Shown here: piece by piece, positions 1 through 9,498 of the stretch | How the letters are laid out: every line of letters begins with the position of its first letter | How positions within the stretch are numbered: position 1 is the stretch's first letter | Program-made: the position numbers and the translations under genes | Notes under the pieces: model-generated | Database searches by the model: none | What the model saw: the letters and a program-made list of their open reading frames with translations, nothing else | What the model was told of the DNA's origin: nothing | Source of the DNA: Bryobacterales bacterium | GTDB lineage: Bacteria > Acidobacteriota > Terriglobia > Bryobacterales > UBA6623 | Direction of reading: 5' to 3' | NCBI GenBank assembly: GCA_965248255.1 | Contig: CBDFIW010000003.1 | Location: forward strand, 545,239 to 609,238 | Length of the DNA stretch: 64,000 nt

Positions 1-600
1 CTCGCCGTCAAGGCGGGCGCGGATGTTGTCGTCGTCGACGGAATGGAAGGCGGAACCGGCGCGTCACCCGCCATCATGCAGGATCACACCGGGATCCCCA
101 CGCTGGCCGCGGTTTGTGAGGCGCGGCGCGCTCTCGAAGCGAGCGGCGTCTATGGAGAGGTGCAACTGATCATTGCCGGTGGCATTCGTGACGGCGTCGA
201 CGCCGCCAAAGCCATGGCGCTGGGCGCTGATGCCATCTACATCGGTACGGCGGCGCTCATTGCGCTGAACTGCAACAAGCCGCTGTGGGTCGAGGACTAT
301 CACAAGCTCGGCACGGAGCCGCATTTCTGTCACCATTGCCATACTGGCCGATGTCCTGTTGGAGTGACAACCCAAGATCCGGAACTCATGGAGCGGTTGC
401 CCATCGAGGAAGCAGCCGAGCGAGTGACGAACTTACTGCGCGCCATGACCTTCGAGATCCAGATGCTGGCTCGATCCTGCGGGAAGTCGGACGTCCACAA
501 CCTGGAGCCCGAAGACATGGCCGCTTTGACGGCCGAGGCTTCCGCGATTTGCGAAGTTCCCTTGGCAGGCACGAGAAGGGTTTGGGGTGCGCGGGACTGA
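1..600 (+). CDS. glxD: FMN-binding glutamate-synthase-family protein (GlxD / N-methylglutamate synthase gamma subunit, MgsC-like), 5'-partial
   Basis: Frame is open from base 1 (LAVKAGADVVVVDGMEGGTG). It has the FMN-domain motifs IIAGGIRDGVDAAKAMALGADAIYIG and a 3Fe-4S-type CHHCHTGRCPVGVTTQDPEL. It ends soon after that motif, unlike GltB, and lies beside sox-like genes and gmaS. Confidence 0.85.
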   Translation, partial: LAVKAGADVVVVDGMEGGTGASPAIMQDHTGIPTLAAVCEARRALEASGVYGEVQLIIAGGIRDGVDAAKAMALGADAIYIGTAALIALNCNKPLWVEDYHKLGTEPHFCHHCHTGRCPVGVTTQDPELMERLPIEEAAERVTNLLRAMTFEIQMLARSCGKSDVHNLEPEDMAALTAEASAICEVPLAGTRRVWGARD

Positions 601-680
601 ATATGCTTCTTGTCGTTTGATGCAAGCAATGTCTGAAGAAACGTGGCGACTTTTCAGGGCGGAGCGTGACGCGGAAACAG

Positions 681-764
681 CCGAGCCCCGAACGCCAGTG
701 AGGGGTCAAGACGCCCCCCGTTGGCGCAGGAGCAGCGAACCCGTCACTGGCGTTCCGGGCTCGG
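681..764. repeat. Long imperfect inverted repeat (REP-like hairpin) between glxD and soxD
   Basis: CCGAGCCCCGAACGCCAGTGA (681-701) pairs with TCACTGGCGTTCCGGGCTCGG (744-764) at 20/21 positions. Confidence 0.8.
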
Positions 765-857
765 TTTCTCCATTGCCAACTCGTCAGTTTGAGGTTGGGG
801 ACCGCGCTAGCTAGCTGGCCGTGCTCGATCTGCCTGTGTAGCCTTGAGAGATAGCCG

Positions 858-1136
858 ATGTCGTTTCTGATTCCCTGTCCCGAGTGCGGTGGCCGCAGCG
901 TCTACGAGTTTCGGTTCGGCGGTGAGGTATTGCAGCGTCCCCAAGTGGATGCTCCCGAAGAGGAGTGGCACCGCTACCGTTACGTTCGGGAAAACAAGGC
1001 GGGCAACCAAACCGAGTGGTGGTACCACCGGTCAGGATGCCGGCAGTGGCTCCAGGCGGTTCGTAACACCAAGACCAATGAAGTGATCGAGGCCTTCTTG
1101 CCGGAACAGAAGCCGAGGGGGTTGCTTGGCGGCTGA
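858..1136 (+). CDS. soxD: Sarcosine oxidase delta-subunit family (N-methylglutamate dehydrogenase MgdB-like)
   Basis: 92 aa with MSFLIPCPECGGRSVYEFRFGGE and EWWYHRSGCRQW, the Zn-binding SoxD pattern. Confidence 0.9.
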   Translation: MSFLIPCPECGGRSVYEFRFGGEVLQRPQVDAPEEEWHRYRYVRENKAGNQTEWWYHRSGCRQWLQAVRNTKTNEVIEAFLPEQKPRGLLGG

Positions 1137-3804
1137 CAGGGAGGGTCACGACTTTACGTTCTCGTTCAACGGCAAAACGATCCACGCCAACCCGGGCGAC
1201 ACCGTCGGTTCGGCGCTGTTTCGGGCCGGCAGGCGGATCTTCAGCCGGGGGTTTAAGACGCACCGCCCGCGCGGACTGCTGTGCGTGGCGGGGCGGTGTC
1301 CGAACTGCCTGATGAACGTGGACGGCGTGCCCAACGTGCGCGCTTGTACCAGCCCGGTCCGCGCCGGCATCGTCGTCAAGCCTCAAAACGTCTTTCCCTC
1401 GCTCGAATTCGACTGCTTGGCGCCCGCGCAGAAGTTGCTTTCCCCGCTCATGCCGGTGGGCTGGTATTACAAGACCTTCACCAGCCGCCGCGCTTGGAAA
1501 GTCGTCGAGCCCGCGATTCGGCGCGTCGCCGGCTTGGGAGACGCGCCCCCCACGATCGATCAGATCAAGGGAGAGTTCCCTCATTACGAACATATTCACC
1601 TCAACACCGATGTGGCCGTAGTCGGGGGCGGACCAGCCGGGCTGACCGCCGCCCTTGACGAGGCCGGCCGAGGCAGGCGCGTGATCTTGATCGACGATCA
1701 GTCCGAGCTTGGGGGCCATCTGCGATACGCCCGCGACGGGCAAACGGAGGCGGAGGCGCTGCTGGGGCAGGTCCGCGAGTCGGAAGCCATCGAGATCTAC
1801 TCGGGCTCGCAGTGCTTCGGGCTCTACGAGGGCAACTTACTGGGGGTCGTACAGCCACGTTCACTCGGGGCCGCACAAGATCGGTTGATCCACGTCCGCA
1901 CGAAACAGGTGACCGTCGCCACCGGATGCTACGAGGCGCCCTTGCTATTCGAGAACAACGACTTGGTCGGCGTCATGCTCAGCTCCGCCGTCGAGCGGCT
2001 GATTGGGCTCTATGGGATTCAGCCGGGTGAGCGCGCCGTCGTCGTGGGGGAGGGCACGAGGGCCAAGACGATTGCCGCCAGGCTCCGCGAGGCGGGGACT
2101 GATGTCACCGCGATTCTGCCCGTCGGCCAGGTCATCTCGGCAACCGGGCGAGGCAAGGTTCGAGGTGTCCGTACCACCGGTGGTGACGTGCCCTGCGACC
2201 TGCTCGTGATGTGCGGTTATCAGATACCCGATGCCGGACTGTTGCACCAAGCCGGCGGCAAGCTCGAGTGGGACGAAGCGAAAGGCGCTTTTCTTCCGAC
2301 GAAGCTCCCGCCCAACATCACTGCCGCGGGCGAGGTCACGGGCGAAAAGCTGACGCCGGTCCATCCGCTACCACCCGAGACGTTCCCCGACTCGAAAGGC
2401 TGCTACGTCTGCCTATGCGAGGACGTCACCACGCGGGACCTCCGCAAAGCCGTGCACGAGGGCTTTGACCGGATCGAAACGATCAAGCGCTACACGACTG
2501 TGTCGATGGGCCCGTGCCAAGGGCGCATGTGCCAGCTTTCCTCGATCGCCGTGTGCGCGGGGGAGACGGGCCGCTCGATGGCCGAGACTGGTGTGACCAC
2601 GAGCCGGCCGTCGAATCCGCCGGTTTCGCTGGGAGCGCTCGCCGGCCCGCGGCACCCGCCAGTCAAGCGGAGCCCGCTGCATCACGAACACGAGGCCCTC
2701 GGCGCCGTCTGGATGAACATGGGGCAGTGGAAGCGCGCCCGCTATTACCACGGCGACCCGGCTCTCACCGAACGCGAATGTCTTGAAAACGAATACCGGG
2801 CGGTGCGGGAGCGAGTCGGGGTCGTCGACGTCGGACCGCTTGGAAAGATCGAAGTCAGGGGCCGTGACGCAGGCAAGTTGTTGGACAAGATCTATACCCA
2901 TCGCTTCGCCAACCTGAAGGTGGGACGTGTCCGCTACGCTGTCATCTGTGATGACACCGGCATTATTCTTGACGACGGCACCATCTCGCGGCTGGCCCCC
3001 GATCACTACTATCTGACGACGACCACCGGCAATCTCGAGTTCGTGGTGCAGTGGCTCGAGTGGTGGCTGATCGACACGGGCTGGGACGCGCATGTCACCA
3101 ACGTAACCGGCGGCCGCTCGTCGGTGAACGTCGCGGGACCGCGGGCGCGCGAAGTGCTCTCGCTCCTCACAGACATTGATCTCAGCACCGAGGCCTTCCG
3201 CTATATGGCCTGCCGCCAGGGGGGAGTGGCCGGCGCTCCCGCGATCTTGATGCGGATCGGGTTCGTCGGCGAGGCGGGTTGGGAGGTCCACATACCCGCC
3301 GAGTACGGCACGCATGTGTGGCGGTCACTGCTGTCGGCTGGAGAGCCATTCGGTATACGTCCCTTCGGCGTCGAGGCACAACGCATGTTGCGTCTTGACA
3401 AGAAGCACGTAATCGCGGGAGTCGACACCGATGCGTTGAGCAATCCGTTCGAAGCGGACATGGCCTGGGTGGCGAAGCTCGACAAGGACGACTTTATTGG
3501 AAAGCCGGCGCTGCAGAGCTTGCAGTCAGCCGAGATGCGCGAGCGCCTGATCGGTTTTGTCATGACGGACGACAGCCTGCCCGAGGACGGAGCCGCAGTG
3601 GTCGTCGCGGGACGTCCGGCGGGCCGGGTGACGAGCGCGCGCTACTCGCCCGTCAACGGCAGGGCTGTCGGCATGGCTTGGGTGGACGCCGCGCTCGGAG
3701 ATGACGGAAACGAGATCGAGGTACGCGTAGCAGGGAAGCTGGCCAAGGCGCGAGTGCAACAGGCGGCCTTCTACGATCCGGAGGGTAAACGCTTGCGGAT
3801 GTAG
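1126..3804 (+). CDS. soxA: Sarcosine oxidase alpha-subunit family (MgdC-like): 2Fe-2S domain, NAD/FAD domain, BFD-like Fe-S domain and GcvT-like folate-binding domain
   Basis: Motifs FSRGFKTHRPRG, VAVVGGGPAGLTAA, KRYTTVSMGPCQG and GFVGEAGWEVH, plus C-terminal FYDPEGKRLRM. The TTG start overlaps the soxD stop; the exact start is uncertain. Confidence 0.9.
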   Translation: MAADREGHDFTFSFNGKTIHANPGDTVGSALFRAGRRIFSRGFKTHRPRGLLCVAGRCPNCLMNVDGVPNVRACTSPVRAGIVVKPQNVFPSLEFDCLAPAQKLLSPLMPVGWYYKTFTSRRAWKVVEPAIRRVAGLGDAPPTIDQIKGEFPHYEHIHLNTDVAVVGGGPAGLTAALDEAGRGRRVILIDDQSELGGHLRYARDGQTEAEALLGQVRESEAIEIYSGSQCFGLYEGNLLGVVQPRSLGAAQDRLIHVRTKQVTVATGCYEAPLLFENNDLVGVMLSSAVERLIGLYGIQPGERAVVVGEGTRAKTIAARLREAGTDVTAILPVGQVISATGRGKVRGVRTTGGDVPCDLLVMCGYQIPDAGLLHQAGGKLEWDEAKGAFLPTKLPPNITAAGEVTGEKLTPVHPLPPETFPDSKGCYVCLCEDVTTRDLRKAVHEGFDRIETIKRYTTVSMGPCQGRMCQLSSIAVCAGETGRSMAETGVTTSRPSNPPVSLGALAGPRHPPVKRSPLHHEHEALGAVWMNMGQWKRARYYHGDPALTERECLENEYRAVRERVGVVDVGPLGKIEVRGRDAGKLLDKIYTHRFANLKVGRVRYAVICDDTGIILDDGTISRLAPDHYYLTTTTGNLEFVVQWLEWWLIDTGWDAHVTNVTGGRSSVNVAGPRAREVLSLLTDIDLSTEAFRYMACRQGGVAGAPAILMRIGFVGEAGWEVHIPAEYGTHVWRSLLSAGEPFGIRPFGVEAQRMLRLDKKHVIAGVDTDALSNPFEADMAWVAKLDKDDFIGKPALQSLQSAEMRERLIGFVMTDDSLPEDGAAVVVAGRPAGRVTSARYSPVNGRAVGMAWVDAALGDDGNEIEVRVAGKLAKARVQQAAFYDPEGKRLRM

Positions 3805-3831
3805 CCCGGTATCCCGACACCGAGACACCGA

Positions 3832-4506
3832 ATGATGGTTGAAAAAGCTGGCGCCGCTTTGAAACGCACCGCTCTCAGTGACCTCCACGCACGTATGGGG
3901 GTGAGGCGGATAGAGACGTCCGGGTGGGAAGCGACCGATCATTTCGGCGCGCCCGAGCAGGAAGCTCAAAGAACCCGAACGGGCGTCGGGCTCGCCGACT
4001 GCGGTTGGTTACCCAAGTTTCAATTGAAAGGTAACCGATTGGACCGCCCACCCGAGACAGGAGGTGACGGCCGCGCTTGGAAGCTCGGCACAGGCCACTA
4101 CCTTGTCACTTGCGGGTTCGACGAGAAAGATGCTTTGGAAGCGCGCTTGGACTCGCTAAGCCAGGCTCAAACGGAGTCGGACACGCCGCCCTTCTACACA
4201 ACGGATGTGGCCTCCGTGTACGCCTCTCTGCTGCTCGCGGGGCCGCGTAGCAGCGAGGTTCTGCGCAAGTTGACGGACCTAGACATTTCGGGTTCGGCTC
4301 TTCCCGATCTAAGCAGTGCACAGACTGAGATGGAACACGTCCACACCATCGTCATGCGCGAAGACATGGGCGTGCTGCGCGCCTACCTCCTTCTCACGGG
4401 ACGCGAGTTCGGTGAGTGGTTCTGGCAGGCGGTCATGCAGGCCGGCAAGGAGTTCGACATTACGCCGTTCGGCCTCGCCGCGCATCAATTACTGAGGGAG
4501 GCTTAA
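3832..4506 (+). CDS. soxG: Sarcosine oxidase gamma-subunit / aminomethyltransferase-like protein (MgdD-like)
   Basis: GcvT-like motifs GVGLADCG, LLLAGPRSSEVLRKLTDLD and FGEWFWQAVMQAGKEF. It lies inside the sox cluster. Confidence 0.75.
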   Translation: MMVEKAGAALKRTALSDLHARMGVRRIETSGWEATDHFGAPEQEAQRTRTGVGLADCGWLPKFQLKGNRLDRPPETGGDGRAWKLGTGHYLVTCGFDEKDALEARLDSLSQAQTESDTPPFYTTDVASVYASLLLAGPRSSEVLRKLTDLDISGSALPDLSSAQTEMEHVHTIVMREDMGVLRAYLLLTGREFGEWFWQAVMQAGKEFDITPFGLAAHQLLREA

Positions 4507-4525
4507 CGAACCGCCGGAACGCGCC

Positions 4526-5737
4526 ATGCAGCTATTTCGCAACGATCGGATGTGGCGGACGCACGAGTTGAAGCCGAGCTACGACGTCGTGATCATCGGC
4601 GCTGGGGTTCACGGGCTGGCGACGGCCTACTATCTCGGCAAGATGTTCGGCATCCGCAACGTTGCCCTGCTCGAGAAGTCTTATTTGGGCGCGGGCGCCA
4701 GCGGACGCAACACCGCCATTCTGCGCGCGAACTACCGTACGACGCAGGGGGTGGCGTTCTACGATGCGTCCCTCAAGCTTTACAAGAACTTATCGAGTGA
4801 ACTGGGTTGGAACGTGTTGTTTAGCCAGTGCGGCCACATGACCCTAGGACACTCGGACACGGCTGTCTCGGGCCTGCGGGTACGGGCGGAGACGAATCAA
4901 CTCATGGGCGTCAATAGCCGCATCATCGGCCCGGACGAAATCCAGAAACTCGTGCCCGGCATTGACTGTAGTGACCGGCCCCGTTACCCTATCATGGCCG
5001 CGCTTTACCACCCGCCGGGAGGGATCATTCGCCATGATGCGGTCGTTTGGGGCTACGCTCGCGCCTGCGATCGATTGGGAATCGAAATCCACCCCTACAC
5101 GGAAGCGACGGACATCCGGCTGGAGGGCGGCCGGGTGGACAAAGTCGTGACGACGCGCGGCGAGATCGCGGCGGGCGCGGTCGTCAACGCGACGGCGGGG
5201 TGGGCGAGCACGATCTGCGACATGGCCGGCGTACCAATGCCGATCGTGACGCACCCCTTGCAGGCCTGCGTGACCGAGCCCCTCAAACCGTTTCTCGATA
5301 CCGTTATCGTCTCCGCCAGTCTGCATGTCTACGTCAACCAGACGTCGCGGGGCGAGCTGGTCATCGGCGCCGAGATCGACCCCTATCAGTCCTACAGCAT
5401 GAGCAGCACGCTGCCGACGCTCGAACACATGGCCGCCTCGGCGCTGGAGCTGTTTCCTCAGTTGCACTACATCAAAGTCTTGCGCCAATGGGCGGGCATC
5501 TGCGACATGACGCCCGACTTCGCTCCGATCATCGGCGGTTTTGAGGACGTCGGCAACTTCTACGTCGATGTCGGCTGGGGGACCTACGGCTTCAAGGCGG
5601 CGCCCGCGGCCGGCCGCTATCTGGCCGAATTGATCGCCACAAAGAAAGTGCCCGCGGTGATCGCGCCCTTCACTCCAGACCGTTTTCGTAAGGGAGACTT
5701 GGTGGGTGAAAAAGCGGCGGCGGCGGTTTCTCACTGA
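4526..5737 (+). CDS. soxB: Sarcosine oxidase beta-subunit family FAD oxidoreductase (MgdA-like)
   Basis: YDVVIIGAGVHGLATAYYL, GASGRNTAILRANY, HHPPGGIIRHDAVVWGYAR-like segment (YHPPGGIIRHDAVVWGYAR) and GWGTYGFKAAP. Confidence 0.92.
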   Translation: MQLFRNDRMWRTHELKPSYDVVIIGAGVHGLATAYYLGKMFGIRNVALLEKSYLGAGASGRNTAILRANYRTTQGVAFYDASLKLYKNLSSELGWNVLFSQCGHMTLGHSDTAVSGLRVRAETNQLMGVNSRIIGPDEIQKLVPGIDCSDRPRYPIMAALYHPPGGIIRHDAVVWGYARACDRLGIEIHPYTEATDIRLEGGRVDKVVTTRGEIAAGAVVNATAGWASTICDMAGVPMPIVTHPLQACVTEPLKPFLDTVIVSASLHVYVNQTSRGELVIGAEIDPYQSYSMSSTLPTLEHMAASALELFPQLHYIKVLRQWAGICDMTPDFAPIIGGFEDVGNFYVDVGWGTYGFKAAPAAGRYLAELIATKKVPAVIAPFTPDRFRKGDLVGEKAAAAVSH

Positions 5738-5771
5738 CCGGGTCATTCACTAACGAACTGGGGAGGCGAAC

Positions 5772-7106
5772 GTGATAGCGGAAGAGGTGAAGAAGCGGAT
5801 CGAGAAAGAAGGCATCGAGTACTTTCTTTGTTCCTTCGTCGAGATGGGCGGCGCGCCCAAGGCGAAACTCGTACCTGCCACCAACTTCGACGAAATGGCC
5901 AGCGACGGGGCTGGCTTTGCCGGCTTCGCGGCGGGCCATCTCGGGCAGGGCCCGCACGATACCGACATCATGAGCATCCCCGATTTGAAGTCGATGACCG
6001 TTCTACCGTGGCGAAAGAACATCGCCTGGTTGGCCGGGAACCTGCATGTCGACGGCGAGCCGTGGCCCTACTGTCCGCGCACGATCCTCATGCGCCAACT
6101 CGAAAAGGCAAACGCGAAGGGCTACGTTCTCAACGTCGGGGTCGAGCCGGAGTTCATGCTGCTCAAGCAAAACGACGGCGGGCAATTCACCCCCTGGGAC
6201 CCGCACGACCGGCTCGAGAAGCCTTGCTACGACCTGCGCGCCCTGCATCGCAATCTCGATCTGATGACAACGCTGATTGGCTACATGCAGGAAATGGGCT
6301 GGACGCCCTACGCCAACGACCACGAAGACGCCAATTGCCAGTTCGAGATCAACTGGACCTATAGCGACGCGCTGACGACCGCCGACCGCAACACGTTCTT
6401 CAAATGGATGGTGCGCACCGTGGCCGAAGAGCATGGTCTCTGGGCTACCTTCATGCCGAAGCCCTTCGCTCACCTCACCGGCAACGGAACGCATTACCAC
6501 ATGAGTCTGGCCGACGCGAAATCGGGCGAGAACCTGTTCCTCGACGACGGCGCCGACCTCGGGCTCTCGCAACTGGCGCGCTGGTTCATGGGAGGCATTC
6601 TCCGCCACGCCAAGGCCTTGGCCGCCGTGACCGCTCCGACCGTGAACAGCTACAAGCGTTTGACCCGCGGGGCGCCGAGTTCGGGCGCAAGCTGGGCGCC
6701 GGTGTATGTCACCTACGGGCCGTCGAACCGCACGCAGATGATTCGCGTACCCGGTCCGGGGCGCATCGAGAATCGCACGGCTGACGGCGCGTCCAACCCC
6801 TACCTGGCGTGCGCGGCGTCGCTGGCTGCGGGGCTCGATGGGATCGAAAACCAGCTCGACCCCGGCGTGAAGAACAACGACAACCTGTACGAGTTGTCTG
6901 AGACCGAGCTGAGTGAGCGAGGCATCAGCTACTTGCCCACGACCCTGTCGGAAGCGCTCGATTGTCTCGAGCAGGACGATGTCGTAAAGGGCGCCCTCGG
7001 GGAGGCGTACGCACCCTATTACATTCAGGTCAAGAGGGAGGAATGGGGCCGCTACCACCAGAGCGTGAGCCAGTGGGAAACCGATAACTACTTATTAGTT
7101 CATTAG
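5772..7106 (+). CDS. gmaS: GlnT-type glutamine-synthetase-like protein; probable gamma-glutamylmethylamide synthetase
   Basis: KAKLVPA...DGAGFAGFAAG N-terminus typical of GlnT/GmaS, with NDHEDANCQFEINW, TFMPKPF and NRTQMIRVP. It lies in a glxD/sox context. Confidence 0.8.
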   Translation: MIAEEVKKRIEKEGIEYFLCSFVEMGGAPKAKLVPATNFDEMASDGAGFAGFAAGHLGQGPHDTDIMSIPDLKSMTVLPWRKNIAWLAGNLHVDGEPWPYCPRTILMRQLEKANAKGYVLNVGVEPEFMLLKQNDGGQFTPWDPHDRLEKPCYDLRALHRNLDLMTTLIGYMQEMGWTPYANDHEDANCQFEINWTYSDALTTADRNTFFKWMVRTVAEEHGLWATFMPKPFAHLTGNGTHYHMSLADAKSGENLFLDDGADLGLSQLARWFMGGILRHAKALAAVTAPTVNSYKRLTRGAPSSGASWAPVYVTYGPSNRTQMIRVPGPGRIENRTADGASNPYLACAASLAAGLDGIENQLDPGVKNNDNLYELSETELSERGISYLPTTLSEALDCLEQDDVVKGALGEAYAPYYIQVKREEWGRYHQSVSQWETDNYLLVH

Positions 7107-8482
7107 CACCCAAGGCCGTTATCCCTGCATGTTGATCCTATTGACTCCCGCATAATATAGAGTCAGTCAAAACAAAGAGAAGACTGTTTCCAGAAGGCCG
7201 TGATCAAACGCGGTTTGCGGTACATGCGGCGGAGTGCCTTGCGGGCCCGCTCGTTCAGCTCGCCGTAGTCTTTCGGACAGACGTTCGGCAACTCGTGCTG
7301 CTTCCAGTAAGCCCAGATGTATTCCACCGGATTCAACTCCGGCGCATAGGGTGGCAAGTACTCGGTTGCGATGTGGCCTTCGGAGAGTTCGATGAACTCT
7401 TGCACCAGGCGGCTACGGTGCGCCGGCAGCCGATCCCAGACGATCAGCAGCGGGCGATCGATATGACGTACCAACGCCTTGAGAAAGTCGATCACTTGCT
7501 CTTTGCCGATCGCACCGGGATAGAGCCGGAAGTAGAAGTTACGCAGCGTCAGCCCCGCCGAGACGGAAAGCTTCTCCCAGTTGAAGTTAAACTGCAGCAC
7601 CGGTGTTTGGCCACGTGGCGCCCAGGTGCGGCAGCGATGCGGCTTCTGACTCAATCCGCTTTCGTCGATGAAGACGAGCGTACGGCCTTCGTTTTGGGCT
7701 TTTTTTTAATGCGCTTCCAGGTCTTGCGCTTCCAGGTGCGGATCCGCTCTTCGTTGCGCTCGCGCGCCTTTCCGGCCGGGCGTTGCGGGCTCCAGTCGAG
7801 CGCTCGCAGGATCTTCCAGGCGTGGCCTGCGTGGTATGCGACCCCGACTCGTCTCCGATCAGCCGAGCCACCCGCGGACAGCTCCACAGGGGCGTTGGGA
7901 AGCCGTGGGCTTCCGGGCCTTCCAGCAGCAGCGACGTCAGGCGTTCGCGTTGTGCGGCATCGAGGAGCGGCTTGCGTCCGGCGCGCCCGGCCTGGCGGAG
8001 TCCGGCCGCACCCTGCTCGCGGTATTGCCGCCGCCACTCACTGACGGTTTGGCGAGCGACGTTCAGCCGTCTCGCCGTCTCGGACTGATTGTGGCCTTGG
8101 TGGAGCAGCCGCATCGCTTCGAAACGGCGCTTCTCCAGCGCCTTGAAATCCCGCTTCACACCTTTGGGGTTGCCCATACATATATAGATGCTCCACACTG
8201 TCAAAAAGTGTCATAATAATTTGCGGGATTCAATAGGAGGCCTTCCCTCATTAACTGATACAAGGCGTCATGCACAAGAGAACCACGCATGAAATTCAAT
8301 GTGTCAAGAGTTGGTCCTGATGGCCCGTCCCAGGCATAGCCTTCCTTGATTGTGAGCTTGCCCTCCACCGACAAGGCTAGAAACCTTCCGACGATCGGCT
8401 GATCGGGCGTGACCCCAATGTCAACAACATAGCCTGCTTTGAGCTGGTATTTGTAGCCAGTGCGGTACGAAATGCATTCCAT
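7103..8482 (-). pseudogene. DUF1353-like (phage-associated family) gene interrupted by IS copy 1
   Basis: The 5' part (8482-8234) reads MECISYRTGYKYQL...YAWDGPSG...MRGSLVHDALYQLMREGLL. Rejoining across the TA adds only GSTCRDNGLGC* (94 aa), with a stop overlapping the gmaS stop. Confidence 0.6.
7141..8233 (-). mobile_element. IS630-family element, copy 1 (1093 bp; extra 1-bp deletion near 7847 disrupts orfA)
   Basis: TA at 7139-40 and 8234-35. Imperfect terminal IRs TTGACTCCCGCATAAT / ATTTGCGGGATTCAA. HTH orfA and DDE orfB (FIDESG, LIVWDRLPAH, YLPPYAPELNPVEYIW). A8 tract at 7700-7707. Confidence 0.95.
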
Positions 8483-8535
8483 CGTCACAGCCTCCTTTGG
8501 GCGAACAAGAGCGGGATGCGGACCGGTTCCAGGGC

Positions 8536-9498
8536 CTAGTAAAAGAAAATCACATGCGGCAGGATGTGGCGGTCTTCACCCTCGCTCGGCCGGCACGGGC
8601 CGCAGGAGATCTGGTAACCAGCTTGGGCATCTTGAATCACTGCCGGCAGGGATTCCCACCGGTTGCTCCCCTGATGCACGTCGACCATTAGACGGGGTTT
8701 TTGCGTCTGAAGGATTTGCACGGCTCCTTGGAGGACTTCGACCTCGGCGTTTTCCACATCGATCTTGATGAAATCGACGGACGGGAGCCCCAGGTCAGCC
8801 ACAATGTCGTCGATCCGCCGAACCGGCACGTCCAGCTCGCCGGCGCCCAGTTGATGGACAAAACTATTCCACGACGAGTAGTCTCCTATGTAAAGAGTGA
8901 GCGTAGTGTTCTCGTTCCACGCTCCGTTGGCAACGACGACCACCCGGCCGCTTTCGATCTCCTTTGCAAAGTTCCGGCGCAGGCATTCCACGTTCTGTGG
9001 ATAAGGCTCGATCGCAACGACCTGCTCGGCGCCGAGTTGGAGAGCTTTGCGCGTAAACACGCCTACGTGGGCGCCAACATCGATGACGATGTCACCCTCA
9101 CGAACGCTTTGGTCGGCACTGGTCGCAGCCACCCAATCATGCTCGGCGATCAAGTAGCCGATTCCCCTTTGCGGACCCTCTTCATGCGGAACCCAAAAAG
9201 GGCCCACCGACGACGAGAACTTCTCGAGGTTGCTACTCACATCCCGCTCAAGCACCCTGACTCTCGATTGCGCCGCCTTGAGCATACGGCTAAAACGCGA
9301 TAGGTCGGCGTAGAACTTGAAGACCCTAGACCAGGTGCACAGAGTTGCCCGGTCCGTCAGCTTCAGACTGATGGCCCAGCCGGCCTGCAGTCCAACCGGA
9401 AGCACGTAGAAATAACCCACAAGGCTAAGGACGGCCACGTAGGCCACTATGAACAACGGTCGGCCACGGGGTTTCTTTGGGGTTGCCTGATGGCTCAT
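8536..9498 (-). CDS. FkbM-family SAM-dependent methyltransferase with N-terminal membrane anchor
   Basis: VIDVGAHVGVF, VAIEPYPQN and DFIKIDVENAEVEVLQGA, preceded by an N-terminal hydrophobic segment. Confidence 0.85.
   Translation of the reverse strand: MSHQATPKKPRGRPLFIVAYVAVLSLVGYFYVLPVGLQAGWAISLKLTDRATLCTWSRVFKFYADLSRFSRMLKAAQSRVRVLERDVSSNLEKFSSSVGPFWVPHEEGPQRGIGYLIAEHDWVAATSADQSVREGDIVIDVGAHVGVFTRKALQLGAEQVVAIEPYPQNVECLRRNFAKEIESGRVVVVANGAWNENTTLTLYIGDYSSWNSFVHQLGAGELDVPVRRIDDIVADLGLPSVDFIKIDVENAEVEVLQGAVQILQTQKPRLMVDVHQGSNRWESLPAVIQDAQAGYQISCGPCRPSEGEDRHILPHVIFFY

Noticed and set aside
1-600. Second gltB fragment or pseudogene
   Set aside because: It ends cleanly after the Fe-S motif with a GlxD-type tail, and the complete gltBD is at 44979-51132.
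5772-7106. Housekeeping glutamine synthetase glnA
   Set aside because: The N-terminus (KAKLVPA..DGAGFAGFA) is GlnT/GmaS-type, and the gene context is glxD/sox.
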